DNA from: Haliotis rufescens
Taxonomy: Eukaryota
Reading direction: 5' to 3'
Length of the DNA: 64,000 bases
Assembly (NCBI RefSeq): GCF_023055435.1
Contig: NW_025963802.1
Location: 16,182,001-16,246,000 of the forward strand
Numbering within the stretch: the stretch's first letter is position 1; each line of letters starts with the position of its first letter. The position numbers and the translations under genes were made by a program. The notes under the pieces were generated by a model that did not search any database, was not told the origin of the DNA, and was given only the letters and a program-made list of their open reading frames with translations. Shown here one piece after another: positions 24,380-35,900 of this stretch.

Positions 24380-27210
24380 AGCAAGGGCGTATACAGGGGT
24401 GAACATAGACGTATGCAAGGGCGTATGCCTCACTATGTGAAATAGTGTTGACAAGGGTGTATACAGGGGTAGACATGGACGTATGCAAGGGTAGTGAAGG
24501 GCGTATACAGGGGTGAACATGGATGTATGCAATGGTGGGGAAGGGCTTATACAGGGGTGAATATGGACGTATGGAAGGGTGGGGAGGGGCGTTTACAGGG
24601 GTGTACATGGATGTATGGAAGGGTGGGGAAGGGCGTATACAGGGGTGAACATGGATGTATGGCAGGGCGTATACAGGGGTAGACATGGATGTATGCAAAG
24701 GTGAACATGGGCGTATGCAATGGTGGGGATGTGCGTTTACAGGGATCAATATGGACGTATGCAAGGGTGGGGAAGGGCGTATACAGGGATGAATACGGAC
24801 TTCTGCAAGGGTGGGGAAGGGCTTATACAGGGGTGAACATGGACGTATGGAAGGGTGGGGAAGGGCGTATACAAGGGTGAATATGGATGTATGCAAGGGT
24901 GGGGAAGGGCGTATACAGAGGTGAACATGGATGTATGCAAGGGTGGGGAAGGGCGTATACAGGGGTGAACATGGATGTATGGCGGGGCGTATACAGGGGT
25001 AGACATGGATGTATGCAAAGGTGAACATGGGCGTATGCAATGGTGGGGATGTGCGTTTACAGGGATGAATATGGACGTATGCAAGGGTGGGGAAGGGCGT
25101 ATACAGGGATGAATACGGATTTCTGCAAGGGTGGGGAAGGGCTTATACAGGGGTGAACATGGACGTATGGAAGGGTGGGGAAGGGCGTATACAAGGGTGA
25201 ATATGGATGTATGCAAGGGTGGGGAAGGGCGTATACAGGTGTGAACATGGATGTATGGCAGGGCGTATACAGGGGTAGACATGGATGTATGCAAAGGTGA
25301 ACATCGGCGTATGCAATGGTTGGGAAAGGGCGTTTACAGGAATGAATATGGACGTATACAAGGAAGGGGAAGGGCGTATACAGGGATGAATACGGACTTC
25401 TGCAAGGGTGGGGAAGGGCTTATACAGGGGTGAACATGGACGTATGGAAGGGTGGGGAAGGGCGTATACAAGGGTGAACATGGATGTATGCAAGGGTGGG
25501 GAAGGGCGTATACAGGTGTGAACATGGATGTATGGCAGGGCGTATACAGGGGTAGACATGGATGTATGCAAAGGTGAACATCGGCGTATGCAATGGTTGG
25601 GAAAGGGCGTATACAGGAATGAATATGGACGTATACAAGGGTGGGGAAGGGCGTATACAGGGATGAATACGGACTTCTGCAAGGGTGGGGAAGGGCTTAT
25701 ACAGGGGTTAACATGGACGTATGGAAGGGTGGGGAAGGGCGTATACAAGGGTGTACATGGACGTATGCAAGGGTGGGGAAGGGCGTATACAGGGGTGAAC
25801 AAGGATGTATGCGAGGGTGGGGAAGGGCGACTACATGGGTAGACATGGATGTATGCAAAGGTGAACATGGGCGTATGCAATGGCGAGGAAGTGCGTATAC
25901 AGGGATAAATATGGACGTATGCAAGGGTTGGGAAGGGCGTATACAAGGGTGAACATGGATGTATGGAAAGGCGTATACAGGGGTGAACATGGATGTATGC
26001 AAAGTTTGGGAAGGGCGTATACAGGGGTGAACATGGATGTATGGAAATACGTATACAGGGGTGAACATGGATGTATGCAAGGATGGGGAAGGGCGTATAC
26101 AGGGGTGAACATGGGCGTATGCAAGGATGGGGAAGGGCGTATACAGGGGTGAACAAGGATGTATGCGAGGGTGGGGAAGGGCGACTACATGGGTAGACAT
26201 GGATGTATGCAAAGGTGAACATGGGTGTATGCAATGGCGAGGAAGTGCGTATACAGGGATGAATATGGACGTATGCAAGGGTGGGGAAGGGCGTATACAA
26301 GGGTGAACATGGATGTATGGAAAGGCGTATACAGGGGTGAACATGGATGTATGCAAAGGTGGGGAAGGGCGTATACAGGGGTGAACATGGATATATGGAA
26401 ATACGTATACAGGGGTGAACGTGGATGTATGCAAGGATGGGGAAGGGCGTATACAGGGGTGAACATGGGCGTATGCAAGGGTGGGGAAGGGCGTATACAG
26501 GGATGAATATGGACGTATGCAAGGTTGGGGAAGGGCGTATACAGGTGTGAACATGGGCGTATGCAAGGGTCGGGAAGGGCGTATACAGGGATGAATATGG
26601 ACGTATGCAAGGGTGGGGAAGGGCGTATACAGGGGTGAACATGGGCGTATGCAAGGGTGGGGAAGGGCGTATACAGGTATGAATATGGACGTATGCAAGG
26701 TTGGGGAAGGGCGTATACAGAGGTGATCATGGGCGTATGGAAGGGCGACTACAGGGGTAGACATGCAAAGGTGAACATGGGCGTATGCAATGGTGGGGAA
26801 GTGCGTTTACAGGGATGAATATGGACTTCTGCAAGGATGGGGAAAGGCGTTTACGGGTGTGATCTGGATGTATGGAAAGTCGTATACAGGGGTGTACATG
26901 GATGTATGCGAGGGTGGTTAAGGGCGTATACAGGGGTGAACATGGATGTATGCAAGGGTTTGGGAAGGGCATATACAGGGATGAACAAGGATGTATGCAA
27001 GGGTGGGGAAGGGCGTATACAGGGATGAACAAGGATGTATGCAAGGGTGGGGAAGGGCGTATACAGGAATGAATATGGACGTATGCAAGGTTGGGGAAGG
27101 GCGTATACAGGAATGAATATGGACGTATGCAAGGTTGGGGAAGGGCGTATACAGGGGTGAACATGGGCGTATGCAAGGGGGGGAAAGGGCGTATACAGGG
27201 ATGAACATGG
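24380..27210 (+). repeat. G-rich 44-bp minisatellite (gggtggggaagggcgtatacaggggtgaacatggacgtatgcaa) with deletion variants and higher-order blocks
   Basis: Direct periodicity. Accounts for all ORFs at 24255-27228. Confidence 0.97.
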
Positions 27211-27841
27211 ACTATGGGATAAAATCATTTATAAAGCTTATCAAAACAAAGTTTAAAGTTAAAAATGTTAAAAAACGTCTCGTATTCCGGAAACAACAGA
27301 GACTTTATGAGCTGCGTTGTCATCACGTGACCTGACGTCATAGTAGAGTGTTGACTTGCAGACGATCACTGTTTTATGGTATGTTTGGTAGATTACGTTT
27401 GTTCGCCATGGCATCACCAGACAATTACACCGAAGCCGATGAAAACGTTGAAGATTTCGCAACACGCACGCACGCATTGTGTATCGGAGTCTGGTAGATA
27501 CATATAGCTGAGTGCGGCGTTAAACAATAAGCAAACGAACAAAACATGACCCACTGACGAAGGCTATTCACGACATGAGATCCCGTTAATCTGTCGAGGA
27601 CAATTCAGCAGAGCAATCAAAACATTTGGATGCTCTATTAAACATTCAGAAGTGAACCAACAATGCAACAATGCAATGCAACATTGTACAAATAACAATT
27701 AGTATTGCTGACATTGTCACCATCAAGTCAAACTGATACAGGCAATCCAGTTCTGGATTCTAGTAATCTAACTAACATTGCGGTACTGTTACCAATAAAT
27801 CAATACAGTAACTAACAATTCACTACAATAAGTATTGTGAC

Positions 27842-28072
27842 TTGTTTGTTTGTTGTTTAACGCCGCACTCAGCAATAATCCAGCTATATGACGTATGATT
27901 ATCTGTAGATAATCGAGTCTGGACCAGACAATCCAGTGATTGACATCACGAGCATCGATCCACGCAATTTGGATACGATGACCTACATCAACCAAGTCAG
28001 GGAGCCTGACCACCCCATCCCATTAGTCGCCTCTTACGACAAGCATAGTCGCCTTTTACAGCAAGCATGGGT
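27842..28072 (-). mobile_element. SINE family C, head-truncated
   Basis: (ttgt)n gtttaacgccgcactcagc...gtcgcctcttacgacaagcat. Confidence 0.9.
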
Positions 28073-28314
28073 CCGGGGTAAAATAGGTCTTCAGCAACCC
28101 ATGCCTGCCGTAATAGGCGACAATGCTTGTCGTAAGAGGTGACTTACGGGATTGGGTGGTCAGGCTCGCTGACTTGGTTGATGCATGTATCCAAACTGCG
28201 TAGACCAATGTTCATGATATTAATCACTGGATTGTTTACGATTATTTACAGACCGTCGTCATATAGCTGGAATATTGCTGAGCGCGGCGTTAAACAACAA
28301 ACAAAACAAACAAA
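28072..28314 (+). mobile_element. SINE family C
   Basis: tccggggtaaaataggtcttcagcaacccatg...gcggcgttaaacaac(aaac)n. Confidence 0.9.
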
Positions 28315-28966
28315 AGCTACTTTCGTCGTTCATGCTAGGTATCAGGTCGGCTAAGCATCGTAAAACCACATACACAGTTGATCTAACAAATAAAAAGTTT
28401 TTCTTTTAAAACTTTGATACCACCCCGACCACTGTCAAAGGCAGGGTCAGCTTGCACTCTGGTACTTGACAACTTCCTGTGAACAACATGCACTCGATTC
28501 ATGATCAATATTTAATATCGTAAACTAAAATATCGAGTTTTGCTCTTTCATTCACCAACTCGGAATATTAAACCAGGTAGCGGTCGGCTGCATACACGTG
28601 TAGCACGTGCACGCCGTAATCTGTCGAAGAAAAGTGACAGCAGTGATCGCCACGTCGGTATTGACAAACTGTCACAATTATGAATTTTTCATTAACATAT
28701 TAGTCTTGTATTTGTTGACGTCTCCAACAAGCGGATCATATCAAAGGCGTAACGGTATAAACAATGCACTCGTTGAATACTGATATTTCTTTTCACGACC
28801 TTTCGAGCTTGCGCATGCGCATATGCTTTGTATGGCCAGTTTTGTTTTGTGTACTCTTGTGTGTGACGTCACGGGTATTGTTGCTTGCGTCCTACCGGCT
28901 CATTTGCTTGGCAAACTTATTGATTGCATTAGCTACCTGTTAATAATTAACTAGTTTGATACAACG

Positions 28967-29130
28967 ATGAAAAGACGGAAGCAATTCGCTAATAATGATA
29001 GGATTGCCAACTGGTGCACAATATGGCAGGGATAAAAAATTAATCTCAGATTTGGAAGAGTAGGGGCTGTGGACGGAATTAATGTCCCCATTGTGTGAGC
29101 GGTTCATCCTCGGTGTCGCAAAGCACTAGA
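28967..29130 (+). pseudogene. Possible decayed PIF/Harbinger transposase fragment
   Basis: FGRVGAVDGINVPI resembles the first-Asp motif FPxVIGAIDGTHIPI. In-frame stops. Confidence 0.35.
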
Positions 29131-29351
29131 GGAGTGAGAATGAGTGTCAGGGTCTGTGTGAGTGAGTGAAAGACGTTTCACACTTCAGTCGACAAAATGG
29201 CAGCTATACTACGGAGGGCTAGGTTGGATCATCCGAGAATCGATCCGCACCGCTGGGGTCAGTCAGTGTGTGAGTGAGTGTTATTCTCCACTGTGGCACT
29301 TTTGCCTGGAGGTGCTCTGCTATGCAGTGGCATTCCGTGGGTGGTGAGACC

Positions 29352-29492
29352 ATAGGCGGATCCAGAGGAGGGTACCCAATTCCCCTACCACCCTTGAAAA
29401 CCAAATGTTGTATGATGTTGGCAGTAAATTTATCTGAGAGAGGATTTTGATATTTTGGACCCCATCTTATAAAAATGCTGGCTCCGCCCTTG
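29352..29492. mobile_element. Short MITE-like element (ggcggatccag...ctggctccgcc)
   Basis: Imperfect TIRs. Related element at 53955-54048. Confidence 0.55.
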
Positions 29493-29911
29493 GTGACACT
29501 TAGTGATGCGGTATGAATGAATGAATGAATGAGTGAGTGAGTGAATTTGGATTCAGCGCCGCTTGGAAACATACATTGGTTATACTACAGCTTAATGATA
29601 ATTGAAATGTCCGGAATACAGACAGGGTGCTACGACTGATAGACAAGGGACGCAACTCTGCATACCTGGTGACTACCGGGACATCCCGGGCACAGCGAAA
29701 TGCAGAAACGAAAGTGGGGAAAAGAATGTGTGAGTTTAAGTGATGCGAGTGTTACTCTGGAACGCCGGGGACGAGGCAGTAAATTCCTTCTATTCGATTG
29801 TGAAGCTCATCATGCACAGTTCTGCTTTGATGGTATATACGGCGCAAAATCGTATTCGCTCACTCAATCATTATTCATCTTCTACTAATGTACGTTTATT
29901 ATTCCCACTGT

Positions 29912-29916
29912 CACTG

Positions 29917-29948
<32 letters not shown>

Positions 29949-29992
29949 GCTACTACTACTACTGTTGCCGCTGCTACTACTACTGCTGATAT

Positions 29993-30026
<34 letters not shown>

Positions 30027-30045
30027 GCTGCTGCTGCTACTACTA
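29912..30045. repeat. (CTA)/(CTG)n microsatellite
   Basis: Source of the poly-Leu and poly-Val ORFs. Confidence 0.95.
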
Positions 30046-30138
30046 TGCAACCGATAATCACATTTTCAAACGACAACCACATGTGATGTCGAAATATATT
30101 TAAACCAGATGTATTATATACATCCACCATACAATAAT

Positions 30139-30293
30139 GAGTGAGTATTACGCCCCTTTTAGCAATATTCCAGCAATATCCGGGCGGGGACACCAGAAAT
30201 GGGCTTCACACATTGTACCCATGTCGGGAATCGAACCCGGGTCTGTGGCGTGACGAGCGAACGCTTTTAACACTAGGCTACCCGACCGCCCCC
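30139..30293 (-). mobile_element. SINE family A, full length with TSD
   Basis: Reverse complement of the 19781 copy. TSD ccatacaataat. Confidence 0.92.
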
Positions 30294-30407
30294 GCCATAC
30301 AATAATGCATCTTATAATGTCATGGAAAAACTATATTAATTATGATAACCCAGAATACATCAAACATGAACTAAGGCAAACAATTGCTATGATATCCACC
30401 AGAAATC

Positions 30408-30691
30408 GGGGGCACGGGTGGCCCAGTCGTCTAAGCGCCGCGATTCGCTGTGCAGAGTTGCGTCCCTTGGGCATGCCAGAAACCTATGATTGTTGGTTCG
30501 AATCCCGGTTCGCCCCGATTATGTTTCTAGGTTTGTCAGCACCACACCCGTGCTCGTGGGTTTCACCGAAGTGGTAAACGTCTGAGACCTGCATCACTTC
30601 GGTCTTTCCTCCCACATTAAGCTGACACGCCCCGATATAACTGGAATACTGTTAAAAGCGGCGTTAAACCCAACTCACTTACTCACTCACT
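30408..30691 (+). mobile_element. SINE family B with TSD
   Basis: Near-identical to the 2494 copy. TSD tccaccagaa. Confidence 0.9.
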
Positions 30692-32828
30692 CCACCAGAA
30701 GTAATAGTGAAGGTGCATCTCAACGGTATTGTAAACACCTAAACGATAGCTGCAATCCCTCATTGTTTGTCAGTAGTTTATATCATTATAAAAAAGAAAA
30801 ATAAATAAGACAGAGGTTGCGAAACTCAAATCAGCAACAATACATGACGCGCTTAATGTTAAAGCATTAAATAAGTTCAAGTTCGACGTGAATAAGCATT
30901 GACATTTTATTCGAGTGTCACTGGTTCCCATACATAATTCATTCTCGAATCTAGATAGTGTGAAGCACATCCACGACCTATGACGATTTTCTAATTACAT
31001 CTGGCCATCCGGAACATCTTTATTTCAAAATGCCGACTAACTACAGCGTAACATTAGGTTTAACTTCCCCTAGGACTAAATGCCTCCAGGCCGCATATGT
31101 TTACAGCTCCTTCACTTAGCAGCCCATTGTCTTGACTAGCAGAGTACGAAATAAAGCCCCAGTCGGACAAAAGGTCCTATTATCAAGAATTATCCTCCAA
31201 AACAGAAGACCTTTTGACAGCAAGATGTAGAATAGGATCCAGTTTAGGTCCACATGGGCGATTTTCAACAAGTCGCAAACTTTAATTTGTCTCTGTATTT
31301 CTCTAGAGAAATTACAGTAAAGTGACGCCAAGCAGATCGCTGATCTCGTAATTGAGTCAGAAATGAGAGGTCTACGTCAGTAACTTACCGTGGTATTTGT
31401 GTTGGAGTACTGCCCGGAAGGAGTAGATCCAACACAAAGCCTCGAAAATGAGGGCTTGATTTTTTCTTCTTCTATTACGAGAATGAACATGGCTATAAAC
31501 AGATACTTTTAGTGTTGAATATTCGATGCTTAACACGAACGTTTTATTGTCGTGTTTCTGTGATTTCGTATCTCATTGAAACTTTTGAAAATATTTTAGT
31601 CCTAAATGTGCTTTCGTTGCCTGATATTTGTCAGTAATTGGCAATTTCGTTTGTTTCTTTTGTTGCTCTGTTACGCAACGCTCTTGTGTAAGATGATCTA
31701 TTATGCGTTGCATTTGTGGTTATTACCAAGTTTTCGGTACATTGACGGGTGTTTTCCTGATGAACACCTCAATTAACATTACGATGTATTCTCTGGTCAA
31801 CTGTTTCTAAATAATTGTCCACATAACATATTTAATGACAAAAATCATTCGCATCGATTATGGTAATAGTCATATAGAAAACTCTTATAATGTACTTATC
31901 CCCTGTAAATGTCTAAACATCTTCCTGAGGTAAGTGAGTTAACTGAGTACAAAAGTTTCCACCCTTGCCGAACTGGGCTGGAATTTCTGGGCTCGATCGT
32001 AGCGGCACCAGTAGATATTACAAATTATGCCCCTCCTATTGACCAATCAGAGTCCACCTCTCGTGTCACATGCATTTGCTTCAGACAAAATGGCGGCGCC
32101 AAGTCAAAACCATCTGATCGATGATCAAAATCTACATTGTAATAAAACGGGTCTAACCTCGCGGAGGAATATATCTGTTGACGCTAAGTTGACGGTACAC
32201 ATGCATATGCTTTGGCAGTTTACGCTATTTTGATTGGACTATGCATAGACTCGTTAGTCCAGCCAAAACTCCATAATTCAAGCTCCGCAAGGAAGGAAAC
32301 TGAACTGTTAGAGTCAGTTAAATCCCTTGCCTCCGAAAGACTCCTATAGAGTATGGTGGTATTTTATATACACATATTTTGTGATAGACAAGTAGCATAG
32401 GTGGACCGCAATTTGATGTCCAGAGTTGTGTGCCCTTAGCGAGCCATAATCTTATGATCCTGGGTTCGCCATGACATAGATCTTTGTTTTTAGCAGCCCC
32501 ATTTGTGTTCTAGGGTCACATCAATGTGGTACTCGGATGTGTTCCGCATCACTGCATAACACGCCTACAGACATAGTGCGTAACGTACAAATCTCGCTTG
32601 CGGACATTAATATCATAATTGTACACATGTTGAAGTTTACACATTTTCGATGGATAATACCGTAATTTTGGCGATATTCATCTTCCATACATCGTGATCT
32701 ACACATTATTCGTATCATTTGGCGTCTAACCATTACATTATGCCGCCATTTACCGATTAAAAGAGTGTAAAGATAGCTTCTTGACTGGGCTAGTTTGCCA
32801 TGAGACATGAAAGCTTCTCACACTGTAC

Positions 32829-32970
32829 GTGTGTTTGTGTGTTTTTGTGTTTGTGTGTGTGTTTGTGTGCGCGCGTGTGTTTGTATGTGTACGTGTGTGT
32901 GTATGTATATGTGTCTGTGTGTGTGCGGGTTTGTGTGTTTGTGTGTGCGTGCGTTTCTCTGTGTGTGTTT
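32829..32970. repeat. Imperfect (TG)n microsatellite
   Basis: Directly visible. Abuts the 37-bp array. Confidence 0.9.
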
Positions 32971-32976
32971 TGAAAC

Positions 32977-35900
32977 CTAGATTGTTAGTATCAGCATGTG
33001 CAACACGTCATGTCCTAGAGGTTAGTATCAGCATGTGCAACACGCCATGTCCTAGAGGTTAGTATCAGCATGTGCAACACGCCATGTCCTAGAGGTTAGT
33101 ATCAGCATATGCAACACGCCATGTCCTAGAGGTTAGTATCAGCATGTGCAACACGCCATGTCCTAGAAGTTAGTAAATGCATATGCAACACCTCATGTCT
33201 TAGAGGTTAGTATCAGCATGTGCAACACGCCATGTCCTAGATGTTAGTATTAACATGTGCAACACGCCATGTCCTAGAGATAAGTATCACTATGTGCAAC
33301 ATACCATGTCCTAGAGATAAGTATCAGTATGTGCAACAGACCATGTCCTAGAGATTAGTATCAGCATATGCAACACGCCATGTCTTAGAGGTAAGTATCA
33401 GCATGTGTAACACGCCATGTCCTAGTGATAACTATCAGCATGTGCAACAAGCCATGTCCTAGAGGGTAGTACCGGCATGTGCAAAACGCAGTGTCCTAGA
33501 AGTTAGTATCAGCATGTGCAACAAGCCATGTCCTAGAGGGTAGTACCAGCATGTGCAACATGCCATGTCCTAGAGGTTAGTATTAACATGTGCAACACGC
33601 CTGACCTAGAGGGTAGTACCAGCATGTGCAACACGCCATGTCCTAGAAGTTAGTATCAGCATGTGCAACAAGCTATGTCCTAGAGGGAAGTATCAGCATG
33701 TGCAACACGCCATGTCCTAGAGGTTAGTATCAGCATGTGCAACACGCCATGTCCTAGAGGTTAGTATCAGCATGTGCAACACGCCATGTCCTAGAGGTTA
33801 GTATCAGTATGTACAACACGCCATGTCCTAGAAGTTAGTAACTGAATATGCAACATGCCATGTCCTAGAGGTTAGTACTAGCATATGCAACACGTCATCA
33901 CCTTGAGCTTAGTGTCAGCATGTGCAACACACCATGTCCTAGAGGTTAGTATCAGCATGTGCAACAAGCAATGTCCTTGAGGTTAGTAACTGCATATGCA
34001 GCACGCCATGTCCTAGAGGTTAGTAACTGCATATGCAGCACGCCATGTCCTAGAGGTAAGTATCAGCATGTGCAACACGCCATGTCCTAGAGGTTAGCAT
34101 CATCATATGCAACACGCCATGTCCTACAGGTAAGTATCAGTATGTACAACACGCCATGTCCTTGAGGTTAGTAACTGCATATGCAGCACGCCATGTCCTA
34201 GAGGTTAGTATCAGCATGTGCAACACGCCATGTCCTAGAGATTAGTATCAGCATGTGCAACACGCCATGTCCTAGAGGTTAGTATCAGCATGTGCAACAG
34301 ACCATGTCCTAGAGATTAGTATCAGCATGTGCAACACGCCTGACCTAGAGGGTAGTACCAGCATGTGCAACACGCCATGTCCTAGAAGTTAGTATCAGCA
34401 TGTGCAACAAGCTATGTCCTAGAGGGAAGTATCAGCATGTGCAACACGCCATGTCCTAGAGGTTAGTATCAGCATGTGCAACACGCCATGTCCTAGAGGT
34501 TAGTATCAGCATGTGCAACACGCCATGTCCTAGAGGTTAGTATCAGTATGTACAACACGCCATGTCCTAGAAGTTAGTAACTGAATATGCAACATGCCAT
34601 GTCCTAGAGGTTAGTACTAGCATATGCAACACGTCATCACCTTGAGCTTAGTGTCAGCATGTGCAACACACCATGTCCTAGAGGTTAGTATCAGCATGTG
34701 CAACAAGCAATGTCCTTGAGGTTAGTAACTGCATATGCAGCACGCCATGTCCTAGAGGTTAGTAACTGCATATGCAGCACGCCATGTCCTAGAGGTAAGT
34801 ATCAGCATGTGCAACACGCCATGTCCTAGATGTTAGCATCATCATATGCAACACGCCATGTCCTACAGGTAAGTATCAGTATGTACAACACGCCATGTCC
34901 TTGAGGTTAGTAACTGCATATGCAGCACGCCATGTCCTAGAGGTAAGTATCAGCATGTGCAACACGCCATGTCCTAGAGGTTAGTATCAGCATGTGCAAC
35001 ACGCCATGTCCTAGAGGTAAGTATCAGCATGTGCAACACGCCATGTCCTAGAGGTAAGTATCAGTATGTACAACACGCCATGTCCTAGAGGTTAGTAACT
35101 GGATATGCAACACGCCATGTCCTAGAGGTTATTAACTGCATATGCAACACGCCATGTCCTTAAGCTTAGTATCCGCATGTGCAACACACTATGTCCTTGA
35201 GGTTAGTATCAGCATGTGCAACACGCAGCGTCCTAGAGCTTAGTATCTGCATGTGCAACAGACCATGTCCTAGAGATTAGTATCAGCATGTGCAGCACGC
35301 AATGTCCTTGAGGTTAGTATCGGCATGTGCAACATGCCATGTCCTAGAAGTTAGTATCAGCATATGCAACACGCCATGTCCTAGAGGTTAGTATCAACAT
35401 GTGCAACACGCCATGTCCTAGAGGTTAGTTTCAGTATGTGCAACACGCCATGTCCTAGAGGTTAGTATCAGCATGTGCAACACGCCATGTCCTAGAGGTT
35501 AGTATTAGTATGTACAACACGCCATGTCCTTGAGGTTAGTAACTGCATATGCAACACGCCATGTCCTTGAGCTTAGTATCAGCATGTGCAACACACCATG
35601 TCCTAGAGGTCAGTATCAGCATGTGCAACACACCATGTCCTAGAGGTTAGTATCAGCATGTGCAACACGCCATGTCCTAGAGGTTAGTATCAGTATGTAC
35701 AACACGCCATGTCCTAGAGGTTAGTAACAACATATGCAACACGCCATGTCCTTGAGCTTAGTATCAGCATGTGCAACACGCCATGTCCTTGAGCTTAGTA
35801 TCAGCATGTGCAACACACCATGTCCTAGAGGTTAGTATCAGCATGTGCAACACACCATGTCCTAGAGGTTAGTTTCAATATGTACAACACGCCATGTCCT

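Noticed and set aside
24255-27228. Long His/Pro/Tyr-rich ORFs up to 503 aa
   Set aside because: The same peptides cycle through all three frames because the 44-bp unit is not a multiple of 3. Satellite artefact.
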